DNA of 47,721 bases from positions 1-47,721 of the forward strand of contig JBNJGH010000012.1 of the NCBI GenBank assembly GCA_051747585.1, read 5' to 3'. Shown here piece after piece: positions 10,015-19,700 of this stretch; position 1 is the stretch's first letter; every line of letters starts with the position of its first letter. Position numbers and translations under genes: made by a program. The stretch comes from Candidatus Rifleibacteriota bacterium (GTDB taxonomy: Bacteria; Muiribacteriota; Ozemobacteria; Ozemobacterales; Ozemobacteraceae). The notes under the pieces were generated by a model. That model was not told the origin of the DNA. It did no database searches and worked only from the letters and a program-made list of their open reading frames with translations.

Positions 10015-10044
10015 ATTCTAATCAAACCCTGCTATAAATATCAA
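10015..10044 (-). promoter_or_regulatory. Sigma70-type promoter of the rlmI-nudix-buk-ptb operon
   Basis: Minus strand TTGATA-18 nt-TAGAAT upstream of an AAAGGA RBS. Confidence 0.55.
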
Positions 10045-10144
10045 GATTTGCACTCAGCTATTCCTGGCAAATAAAAAAATAAAAAAAAGCAATTAACAGG
10101 TTATGATAAAATTTATATATAAAGGACTATGAAAGGTTAACAGA

Positions 10145-11971
10145 ATGCGAAAATATTTGTTTATTCTGCTTATATTTTGTTTAGGTTGCGAAAGTTTTTT
10201 GTTTGCCGCTAATTTGCAGCAATGGAAAGATGAAATACTTTACTTTGTATTGCTTGATCGATTTCATAATGGCAACCAGGCTAACGACTATCGGGTTGAT
10301 CTCGACGATCCCCACGGCTTTCATGGTGGTGATATAAGAGGTCTGGTCGATAAGCTCGAATATCTGGACAAGCTTGGAATAACCGGTCTTTGGATAAGCC
10401 CGATTTTTGAAAATCGACGCAAAAAGTTTTTTGATCACTCTGCTTATCATGGCTATTGGGTTTACGATTTCTGGAAAACAGATGACAGGTTTGCTGACGA
10501 GCATGAGCTTGAATTGCTGAAAAAATACTTGAAAAAACACAAAATGAAATTGTTGCTTGATATGGTCGTTAATCACATGGGTTATGATGCCCCCTTTGTA
10601 AAAAGAAACCCTCGCTGGTTTAACAATAAAGGCAATATAAAAAACTGGAATGATAAAAATCAGTTAATTAATTACAATATATTTGGTTTGCCTGATTTTG
10701 CCTCACATAAGCCCGTTGTAAAAACTTTTTTTGAACTCGTTGGCCGACACTGGATTGATAAAATGCAGCCCGATGGGTTCAGGCTGGATGCAGTTAAACA
10801 TGTTCCGGTTGAGTTCTGGGATGACTTTAATACAATGATGGCTAAAGCCGGTGGCCGGAACTTTTTACTGCTGGGCGAACATCTTAACGGAAACCCCGCA
10901 TCATTGAATGAAATATGGCGGCAGGGCAGCTTCTCGACTCTTTTTGACTATCCTCTTTATTACAGCATAAAAGAAGTCTTTGCCGAAAAAAAAGATTGTC
11001 GAAAACTGGCTTCGAGACTTTATTTTGATCGTAATTATCCCGATGCCGGGTTATTGGCAACCTTTGTCGATAATCACGATCTTGATCGTTTTTATTCGCT
11101 TTGCCGGGAAAATCAGAAAAGATATCTGCTTTCTATGGCGTTTCTCATGACTGTAAGAGGAATTCCGGTATTATGTTATGGTGATGAAATAGGATTGGCA
11201 GGTTTTCAAAAGCCGGATGAGCAAAATCGTAGTGATATGATCTTTGACAGGCCGAACAAAGTATTTTATGCCGTTAAAAATCTGATCAAGCTTCGTAAAG
11301 AACATGTAGCTTTAAGACGTGGTTTGCAATGCCATCTTTATGCAGATAAAAATATACTGGCATTTGCACGTTTAACGCCTGATAATATAGCAGTTGCAGT
11401 TTTCAACAATGGTGCGCTTGCTACCGAGGTTGATTTTCCTTTTCCATTCAAGCTATATAAATCATCATTGCTTAAAGATGAGCTGTCTGGCGTGACAGGA
11501 ATGGTTCAACGACAACGATTCAAAACTTTTTTGCCTCCAGAAACTGCTGCAGTTTTTGTTCCCGAATCTCCGCCCGAGTTTTACCGGGATTCTTTTAGAA
11601 GCTGGCAAAAACGGCAAAGCGACGAAAAAGCCTGGGGCACAGTTAAGGTTAATTTTAAACTGAAGGTAGATTACGCACCTCCTGACAGCAGGTTCTTCTT
11701 AACCGGCAACTGTCCGGAACTTGGCAATTGGGACGCGCCTGCCAGGGCTTTGCAGATGAACAGAGTGGCTGATGATGAATTCGAAGTCCAGGTGGAGCTG
11801 CCGGTGGGCAAGGTGATTGAATGTAAAAGCCTTTATCGGCGGCAAAATGAAGAAAATGAAGAAAATGAAGAAGCAGTGAAAACAGTATGGCAGCAGGGCG
11901 AAAATACAATTTTTACCGTAAGAAAAGCCGGCAGCGAATATGTTCACTTGAACTGGAAATTTCTAAAATAA
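10145..11971 (+). CDS. Secreted GH13 alpha-amylase with C-terminal CBM20 starch-binding domain
   Basis: Signal peptide; DRF.NG, GGDIRG, YHGYW, DMVVNH, GFRLDAVKH, GE, FVDNHD; C-terminal GNCPELGNW..WQQGEN. Confidence 0.92.
   Translation: MRKYLFILLIFCLGCESFLFAANLQQWKDEILYFVLLDRFHNGNQANDYRVDLDDPHGFHGGDIRGLVDKLEYLDKLGITGLWISPIFENRRKKFFDHSAYHGYWVYDFWKTDDRFADEHELELLKKYLKKHKMKLLLDMVVNHMGYDAPFVKRNPRWFNNKGNIKNWNDKNQLINYNIFGLPDFASHKPVVKTFFELVGRHWIDKMQPDGFRLDAVKHVPVEFWDDFNTMMAKAGGRNFLLLGEHLNGNPASLNEIWRQGSFSTLFDYPLYYSIKEVFAEKKDCRKLASRLYFDRNYPDAGLLATFVDNHDLDRFYSLCRENQKRYLLSMAFLMTVRGIPVLCYGDEIGLAGFQKPDEQNRSDMIFDRPNKVFYAVKNLIKLRKEHVALRRGLQCHLYADKNILAFARLTPDNIAVAVFNNGALATEVDFPFPFKLYKSSLLKDELSGVTGMVQRQRFKTFLPPETAAVFVPESPPEFYRDSFRSWQKRQSDEKAWGTVKVNFKLKVDYAPPDSRFFLTGNCPELGNWDAPARALQMNRVADDEFEVQVELPVGKVIECKSLYRRQNEENEENEEAVKTVWQQGENTIFTVRKAGSEYVHLNWKFLK
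11844..11870 (+). repeat. In-frame 9-bp tandem repeat (AAAATGAAG)x3
   Basis: Encodes NEENEENEE in a CBM20 loop. Confidence 0.8.
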
Positions 11972-12018
11972 AAAAAGCTGTCTTATAGTCTTTTTAAGAA
12001 TTATAAGACAGCTTTTTT
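11971..12018. terminator. Bidirectional intrinsic terminator between convergent genes
   Basis: AAAAAAGCTGTCTTATA..TATAAGACAGCTTTTTT, perfect 17-bp inverted repeat. Confidence 0.85.
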
Positions 12019-12030
12019 ATCTAATGTTTT

Positions 12031-14169
12031 TTAGAGCTCAGCTTCTTGAGATAACTCTTTTTCGCATTGCTCAATTAAAGTGCGAATATTGTCGGCCTCA
12101 ACTCCACTCGGATTAGACTGGAGAAAGCGTTTGGCCGCATCTATGGCGTCATTGAACTGGCGTTTTCTTGCATAAATAACAGCAAGATTGTAATAAACCT
12201 GTTCAAATTTTGGATCGATTTCGAGAACCTTCATGTAGGCAGCAATTGCTTCGTTAATTCTACCTTTTTCAAATTCTTCGGTTCCAATGTTGTAATAAGC
12301 TGCAGCATCTTTGGGGTTAAGATCGATGGCTTTTTTCCATAATTCAATCGCCTGATCATACATACCCTTGTTGTAATAAGCGATTCCAAGTTTATTTCTG
12401 GCTTCTGAATCTTGAGGATTATATTTAATAACTCTCTTCCAAATCTCAATCGCTCTGTCATACATTTCCCGGTTGTGGTAAGCGGTTGCCAGGTTAGAAA
12501 GAATGTCGGAATCTTCGGGTTTGTATTTAAGAGCTTTTTCCCAGCATTCGACTGCTTTGTCAAAAAGATCCATTTTAATATAAGCAATGCCGAGTTTGTT
12601 GTAGAGTTCACCGTTTTCCGGTGTGATGCGAATTGCATCTTCCCATTCAGATACTGCCTGGTCATACATTTCTTTCTGGAAATAGGCAATACCAAGATTA
12701 TTATGGGCATCTACATCGTTAGGTGCAAGATCGATGACTTTGCGCCAGGAAAGAATTGCATCGTCGATAAGACCTTTTTCGTCAAAAGCGTTACCTAGAA
12801 CGAAATGAGTATTCGGATTATTCGGATCAAGCTCAATAGATCTTTTCCAGTTGGAAATAGCATCGTCGAGTTTGCGCTTTTGTCTGTAAGCATGGCCTAG
12901 TTTGAAATAAATATCAGGGTCTGAAGGGCTCAGGTTCTTTGATTTTTCCCATTCGTCAAGACATTCTTCAAATCTTTGCAGATTGTAATAAGCAATACCC
13001 AGATTATGATGGGCTTCGAAATGTTCTGAATCAAGCTCGATGGCTTTTTGCCACTGGAAGATTGCTTCCTGGGTTTTGTTTAATTTTGAATAAGCAATAC
13101 CGAGCTTATGATGGAGCTGGGGGTCATCACTTACATAAGAGATAGCCCTGTTCCAGAATTTTGCCGCTTCTGCAAAATCTTCCATGCCGCAATAGGCGTT
13201 ACCGATTTTTTCGCAGATATCGGCGTCTTCGCTACGCTTTTCTCTAACTGTATTCCAGTAAGAGATTGCTTTCTGAAAGTTGCCGGAATTATATTGCGCT
13301 ACACCCAGGTTAAAATGAGCTTCAATATCATTGGGATTGATTGAAATACATTTTTCCCAGCATTCAATAGCCTTATCGAGGTCATCGAGTTTTCCGTAAG
13401 CTGAACCAAGTTTAAAATAAACTTCGGAACTGTCTGGAGTTATTTCCAGAATCTTCTGCCAGATTTCTATGGCTTCACGATGTTGATTCAGCTTGCTGTA
13501 GGCATTTCCCAGATTGTTAAAAATTTCGGGTTGTCTGGGGTTTAGCGCAAGAGCTTTTTTCCACTCATCGATGGCCTGTTGGAACATTTCCAGACGATAA
13601 TAAACAATAGCAAGATTGTTATGTGCTTCTGAATTCTTAGGATTGAGTTCGATTGCTTTTGAAAAGGCTATAACTGATTTGTCATCAAGGCCTTTGTTAT
13701 AGTAGGCAACTCCAAGTCTGAAGAAAATGTCGGAATCTTCGGGATTAAGGTTTGAGGCCTTTTCCCATAAAGAAATAGCCTGATCTTCTTTGCCAAGATT
13801 GTAATAGGCTATACCAAGTTTAAAATGAATTTCGGGGTCATGAGGCCTTATTTCCAGGCATTGTTCCCAGAATTCAATTGATTTTGAATCTTCACCTTTA
13901 TTGTAATAGGCAATACCAAGATTGTGCAGAACTTCATAATTCTGTGGGTCAAGTGAGACGGCAATTTCCCATTCTTTAAGGGCTTCATCGATTCGATTCA
14001 GCTGGTAATAAGCTACACCAAGCTTAAACCTGGCTTCACTGTTTTGTGGATTTTTGATAAGAGATTGAATCCACTCTGAAATCGCCTGCTCATATTGGCC
14101 TTTGGTATAATAGGCAATACCCAGATTATAATGGGTGTTGGCTTCGTCCTGCAGATACGTGCGCTTCAT
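12031..14169 (-). CDS. TPR protein made of 20 contiguous 34-aa repeats
   Basis: Repeats of H/F-[NK]-LG-AY..A..W..A..P with exact 34-aa period. Confidence 0.95.
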   Translation of the reverse strand: MKRTYLQDEANTHYNLGIAYYTKGQYEQAISEWIQSLIKNPQNSEARFKLGVAYYQLNRIDEALKEWEIAVSLDPQNYEVLHNLGIAYYNKGEDSKSIEFWEQCLEIRPHDPEIHFKLGIAYYNLGKEDQAISLWEKASNLNPEDSDIFFRLGVAYYNKGLDDKSVIAFSKAIELNPKNSEAHNNLAIVYYRLEMFQQAIDEWKKALALNPRQPEIFNNLGNAYSKLNQHREAIEIWQKILEITPDSSEVYFKLGSAYGKLDDLDKAIECWEKCISINPNDIEAHFNLGVAQYNSGNFQKAISYWNTVREKRSEDADICEKIGNAYCGMEDFAEAAKFWNRAISYVSDDPQLHHKLGIAYSKLNKTQEAIFQWQKAIELDSEHFEAHHNLGIAYYNLQRFEECLDEWEKSKNLSPSDPDIYFKLGHAYRQKRKLDDAISNWKRSIELDPNNPNTHFVLGNAFDEKGLIDDAILSWRKVIDLAPNDVDAHNNLGIAYFQKEMYDQAVSEWEDAIRITPENGELYNKLGIAYIKMDLFDKAVECWEKALKYKPEDSDILSNLATAYHNREMYDRAIEIWKRVIKYNPQDSEARNKLGIAYYNKGMYDQAIELWKKAIDLNPKDAAAYYNIGTEEFEKGRINEAIAAYMKVLEIDPKFEQVYYNLAVIYARKRQFNDAIDAAKRFLQSNPSGVEADNIRTLIEQCEKELSQEAEL

Positions 14170-14194
14170 ACGGCCTCCAAAATTATTGTTCTGA

Positions 14195-15844
14195 TTAAAT
14201 TTTTAGATTTTCATCTTTATTGTCATTTTTCTTGTCAGAAAAAATATTATATTTGTCAACCATGCTGCTAAGCGTATTTCCAAAAGTTTCAAGAACAGAT
14301 TTAAGACCTGTTCTTTGTTTGAAACTTTGCAGCAAAACAACAGGGTTTTGTTTAAGTTTAAGAGATTTTAGTTGGTATCCATATCTGAAAGCAAGCTTTT
14401 CATTAAAAATATTTGCAATATCTGTTTCTAACGTTTTTTCTTTCAGGTTGTCTACCTTTTCAAAGTGCTGTTCTTGCGATTTTAACTCTTGATAATGTGA
14501 TTCTACAAGTTCTCTGGACATATAGGAAAGTAATAGATCGAAAGAATAAGTAAAAATTCCAAATTCAGGATTTTTTTCAAAGCTGATATGCTTTGCCGCA
14601 ACCATTGCCGGATGTCTTAATTCGGAAATTTTTGCATCTTTCTCTAAAGATATGGCTTGTATTTTTGCGAGAGAGGAATAATTATTGATTTTCTTTTCCA
14701 TGTTTTCCCGCAGAGGAAAGCTTTTGTTAAGAGAAGGCAGCTCATTCTCTTTTTCCAGCGGGAAGCTGTTGGGAAAAATATGAATTATGTCGGGTCTGTA
14801 AGAAAACTTTCTGGTATGAACCTGTCTTTTTTGTATTTTGAAATTTTGCGGAAATGATTTTACGGGCGCCGGTCTTTTTTTATCGTAATTGCGTGCAAAA
14901 CTTTGCTTGATCTGTTTCTTAAATTTAATTATCTGTGGCATGCGCTCAGGGAAGCAAAAGGGGAGGTAGGGGCTGAAAGATGCCGGTTCAAGGACAGAGC
15001 CTTCTATTGTATGCTTTTCATTTGGTGAATATTCAACGTTGCGGGGTATACCTGTTAAAAGATTGTCTATTTTGCTTTTAAGATGATTTTTTTCTTTTTG
15101 TAAAATATCGATATCGGCTTCAAGATCAGATGTTCGGTTTTCAAGTGACTCATGAGAGCTTTTAAACTTTTCATAACTAATTTTGAGGCTGTCTGAAAGT
15201 TTTTGAAATCTGGTTTTATCAATAGAAGTTTTGTCGAGTTTATTTCTAAGAGCCTCTATTTCCTGAGAATAATTGTCGACCATATCTTGAAGTTCTGAAT
15301 TATGACTTCTCAGGCTATAAGTCTGATCTCTGAATTCATTCAATTGCTTGCGGGCTTGCTCGAGCTCTTTACTGTTCTTTTTGCCTTCTTTTTCGCTATT
15401 GGATAAACGAAGACTCAAGTCTTTGCTGTGCATTTGCATTTGCTTGAGTTCATTTTGTAGTTTTTCAATCTGCTCGTTGAGCTTGTTGTTTTCTTTTTGC
15501 AGATTTTTAAAATCCATTACAGTATCAGCAAGGCTGAATTTAAACTGTTCTATTTTTTCTTCTTTTTCGGCAATTTCACTTTTAAGATTGCGAAGCTGCC
15601 TTGCCACATTTGAATTTTCCTCGGGAAGGTTTTCTTTTAAGCGTTGTTGCAGATTAATCAGCTCTGCAATAATTTCCGGAAAATTTATTCCCGAAACCTG
15701 AATTGAAAGTCTGAAAAATCTGTCGTCCTGTTTTTCTGCAGGCAAACTCTTAATAACTGAATTGTATTTCTGAATAAAAATTTTCAGAGTTTCAATATCA
15801 GCAATTAAGCGACCAATGTCAGGATTATTTGCCTTTTCTGTCAT
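14195..15844 (-). CDS. Hypothetical protein: long N-terminal coiled coil plus K/F/P-rich C-terminal half
   Basis: Heptad L/E/K/Q-rich segment at about aa 55-262; no signal peptide or TM. Confidence 0.8.
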   Translation of the reverse strand: MTEKANNPDIGRLIADIETLKIFIQKYNSVIKSLPAEKQDDRFFRLSIQVSGINFPEIIAELINLQQRLKENLPEENSNVARQLRNLKSEIAEKEEKIEQFKFSLADTVMDFKNLQKENNKLNEQIEKLQNELKQMQMHSKDLSLRLSNSEKEGKKNSKELEQARKQLNEFRDQTYSLRSHNSELQDMVDNYSQEIEALRNKLDKTSIDKTRFQKLSDSLKISYEKFKSSHESLENRTSDLEADIDILQKEKNHLKSKIDNLLTGIPRNVEYSPNEKHTIEGSVLEPASFSPYLPFCFPERMPQIIKFKKQIKQSFARNYDKKRPAPVKSFPQNFKIQKRQVHTRKFSYRPDIIHIFPNSFPLEKENELPSLNKSFPLRENMEKKINNYSSLAKIQAISLEKDAKISELRHPAMVAAKHISFEKNPEFGIFTYSFDLLLSYMSRELVESHYQELKSQEQHFEKVDNLKEKTLETDIANIFNEKLAFRYGYQLKSLKLKQNPVVLLQSFKQRTGLKSVLETFGNTLSSMVDKYNIFSDKKNDNKDENLKI

Positions 15845-15861
15845 TTTTTAATTAATTTGAG

Positions 15862-16647
15862 TCAAAGATGATGATAGAGACAAACACTAATATTATCAGC
15901 TCCACCATTCAAATAAGCAGCTTTCACCAGATTTTCCGCCAGCTCATTTAAATTGGTTCCTTCTGGTTTATAAACTTTCTCTATTATTTTTTGCAGGCTT
16001 TCATCTTCGACAAATCCACAAAGTCCATCTGAGCAGAGCATTATAAGATCGCCCTGTTTCAAGGTAATATTTTTCCGATCAACCTTTGGTGTTTCAGCTA
16101 CTCCCAATGCTCTGGTAATGATGTTTCGGTTGGGGTGAACAAAGGCTTCTTTTTCATTGATTTTACCTTGATCAATAAGTTCCTGAACCAAAGAGTGATC
16201 TTTAGTCAGTGTCTTTAGAGTTCCATCTTGAAAACGATAAGCTCTGCTATCGCCAACGTGAGCGAGTGCCAGAGAATTCCTATAAATGAGACCGGCAACA
16301 ACTGTAGTTCCCATTCCTTCCATTTCGGGGTTTTGACAGGCTTTTTCATATATGGCAAGGTTGGAATTTTTAATCCAGGTTTCCAGATAAGTAGTTTTGT
16401 CGGCGGTTAAAAAATCTTCGGGCAGAGTTTTGAATAAGTTGTCTACAACTTTATGTTTTATCGTTTGCACCGCCAGCATGGATGCAAATTCACCTGCTGC
16501 AGCACCGCCCATTCCATCAGCTAGTATAAGTGCAGTCACTTGAAAAGTGTTGCCCGCCGGGCCACACCAGTCTACGCTGATAGACTCGGCGTAATCTTCA
16601 TTATTGGGCCTGACTTTCCCTTTGTCGCTCAAGGTATAGAAATTCAT
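15862..16647 (-). CDS. Stp1/IreP family PP2C Ser/Thr protein phosphatase
   Basis: R..NED, ADGMGG, MGTT, HVGDSRAY, DHS, LCSDGL, GGADNIS. Confidence 0.95.
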   Translation of the reverse strand: MNFYTLSDKGKVRPNNEDYAESISVDWCGPAGNTFQVTALILADGMGGAAAGEFASMLAVQTIKHKVVDNLFKTLPEDFLTADKTTYLETWIKNSNLAIYEKACQNPEMEGMGTTVVAGLIYRNSLALAHVGDSRAYRFQDGTLKTLTKDHSLVQELIDQGKINEKEAFVHPNRNIITRALGVAETPKVDRKNITLKQGDLIMLCSDGLCGFVEDESLQKIIEKVYKPEGTNLNELAENLVKAAYLNGGADNISVCLYHHL

Positions 16648-16673
16648 TTAATTTCTCCCACAATATTTATGGC

Positions 16674-16702
16674 ATTCTAAAGTCTTTATAAGACAGAGTC
16701 AA
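16674..16702 (-). promoter_or_regulatory. Sigma70-type internal promoter for PP2C-coiled coil-TPR, with a palindrome in the spacer
   Basis: Minus strand TTGACT-17 nt-TAGAAT; spacer holds GTCTT-N3-AAGAC; GGGAGA RBS downstream. Confidence 0.7.
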
Positions 16703-16730
16703 CGTTTGTAGCGTTTTTTGCAGTTTTAAA

Positions 16731-19700
16731 TCAAGAAAAAATACTTTTTGAATTTTTATTGTTATTTGTATCGACATAAAAGGAGGGATTATCCATTTCT
16801 ATATCGTACCAGTCGGGAGTGGTTGGATGATGATAGGAACTTTTGCTTGAAACCGATCTTTTTGCTTTTACTTTGTTAAATTGCCAATCTTTAATTATTT
16901 TGTCATCCATTTTGAATAATTTTAACTTCTTATTTTCCTTTTTTATGGCTTTTGATTCAGGTAGGTCTGGCTCAAAAGAAATGGGGGAGGCCTCTTTTTT
17001 TATTAGAGAAAGGCGATCTTTTAACACTAAAGAAGTCGTTTGCGGTAATTTAGCGAAGCTGAATTCAGCATTGCGGGGATAAGACTTTATTAAATCGGGT
17101 GAATTGTAAGCTTGTGCGCCTCTTTCGATGGGGGTAATGCTGTAAATTAAATCATTTTGGTCAATTTTATCGAAAAGATTTTTGGTTGTAAGCTTACTGT
17201 AAGGTTTTGAACAGAATTTAAATTTGGAAGTAAGTTTAGAAGAAATATTAGTTTCCGGATAATCAGGTTGAACCGGAGATTTTAAACTGTAATTTAACTT
17301 GTTCTGATATATTTTTAAGAAATTACTTAGAAGAATTACCCAATGAATTGCTGTCATATCAAAATTTTTAAAAGGCTGGATTCTTGAATCGAGTCTTAGC
17401 CGCAATTTATACAATTTTATTTTTTGCTTTTTAGCAAATCTGATGACTTTTCTTTGCGATAATTTGGAAATTTTTTGCCCGATTTCATAATTGATAGTGC
17501 GAACTAATTTTTCTTTCTTTGCAGAAGTCAGTTCAAATTGGTTTTTAGATTCATAATTAAGTCTGGTTAAATTGCTTTCTTTAACAGTCAGATATTTTTG
17601 CAATTCAGGTTTGGGTATAGATATTCTGGCTTCGTTAAAAAAAACACTGGAATGGACTTTATGACTGAATAAGCAGGCATAGTTAGTTTTAAATTCGACT
17701 CCAACAGGAGCGAATTCTATAATATTCGAGGTTCTAAACTCTTCAGATGGGTCAAAATCTTGAGTCTGAGTTGCCTCTTCGATGTTAAAAAAAGCAAATT
17801 TATTTTCTATTCTATTTAAAAATTCAGGATAATAAGGAAAAAAGAATTGTCTGAATCTGGTTTGATACTCTTCTAGATTAATGTTTATCTTGTGCTTGAT
17901 TGCAGGAAAATTGTTATAAAAGGCAAAAATCGGTTTGTAGTTAAATATATTTTTTGAATCCCGAGTTTTGAAAGCTCGACTATGTTTAAGGTTAAACTTT
18001 AGATTTTTGTTAAAGGTGCGGTATTTCCTTTTGCTTATTGGGTATTTAAATTCTTTATCAGATTTTGTTTTGCACTCAAGACTTACAGAACTTACAAGTA
18101 AGCGGGTAACCTTTTGTCCTGTAATTGGTGAGATTTCTGATACAGTAAAATTTGTATGAACTTCAGGTTGAAACCAGTAGGTTGCAAAACTTTGAAAATC
18201 CTGACGGATTTCAGCCATGTTTCCAAAAAAAGAATCAAACTCTTGTTTTTCAAGCTGCGGGCGTTGCTGTCTAAAGGTATTACTGAATGGGTATTTGTCT
18301 GGTGCTGGTGGGCAATAAAAACTTTGATCTACAGAAGAAGAGCTGCCGTAATATGCCTGTTGTGTTCTAGTCAGGCGGCGCAGCAGATCGTTTTTGAACA
18401 ACCAGCTTTTAGGTTCTTTAAGACTGTATTTAGATCTAAAAGTTCTGGTTTTGGGAGTAAAATGAAAATAATTGATTTTCAGACTGGAGTCGTCTGAATC
18501 AGTTATAGCTGGTTTGGAAGTTTCATCCAGAGTTAGTAACTTAATTTTTTTAATACAGAAAGATGGAAATCCAAATTGAAAGGGCATAAGCTTGATAGCA
18601 CAAAAATAAGGCTTGGTTCTGAATTGCCATGGAGGCGGTTCAATAATGGTTGTTTGATTTAGTTTGCCGCCGGTTATAAATTTAATTATATTTAATTCGA
18701 GCTTTAAAAGTGAGCAAATTTGATCTGGTAATCCGTCTAAAATAGAAACAGCGGGAATAGTTTTGTGTATCGATGCTTTTAGCGGCTTTTCCTGATTTAA
18801 TTCAAAGGCTTTAAAATCATCTTTTAATAACAAATTGCTATGGTTAACAGGGGTGTTAACTCGTAATTTTTTGTTACAAACCAATCTTTTTCTTTTGGGG
18901 GCAGGAGATATAAACTCAAGTTCCTGTAGATTCTGTTGCTTAAAGCAGTAATTTTCAAGTGACTTCATCGGTTTGAATTTATGCAGTCCGGTCGAGAAAT
19001 GCCAGTAGTTGCTGGCTTGACCTTTTAATTTACGCCTGTGCATCGGTAAAACAATTTCGGTAAATGAAAGCCTGGTGACCGACATAAGAAAACTTTTGGG
19101 GCGTGCTAATAAGGTGATAAAGTCTTTAAAAATGCCTGTTAAATGAACAAAGTTCCTGAATCTGTAATCTCCTGACTCAATTGACTGGCGGCAAAGTTGA
19201 TTGAAATTGTAACCGGTTTTATAAGCTGCTTTCTTCAAGGCCGGCAATTTGATTCTTTTTAAGCTGAGGGCAGAGTAACGACCATGCTTTTGGGTTAAAA
19301 ATTTTAGTCTGTTTTTTTTTCTACAATTGCGGGCTGGCTTGAAGAGGGTTCTAAAAAAGTCCATTCTATATTTCCCAATGGGCTTTTCTTTAAGTTTTAT
19401 ACCCTTGTAATCTGCGCAAAAAGTTGGATGGTTTATTAAGCCTGCTGGACATGGTAAATTAATTTTTTTGAATATGGATTCGTATTTATAAGTTATGTTT
19501 TTAAAAGCATAACATTTAAGTTTTAATTTAAGCGCAAGCCTACTTTTTTGCACTGATTCAGTTGCTCTGGTTTTGCAAATAAATTTACCTTCGAGTCTTT
19601 GGGAATCCGAAGATATTTTATGAATTTTTTTCAAGTCTTGTCTGTTTGCTTTTATATTTTTGCTCGCCAAAATTCTGGCGTTTTCGGCTGAAAATTTGGC

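Noticed and set aside
14195..15844. SMC subunit to complete ScpAB
   Set aside because: No Walker A/B, signature or hinge motifs; too short
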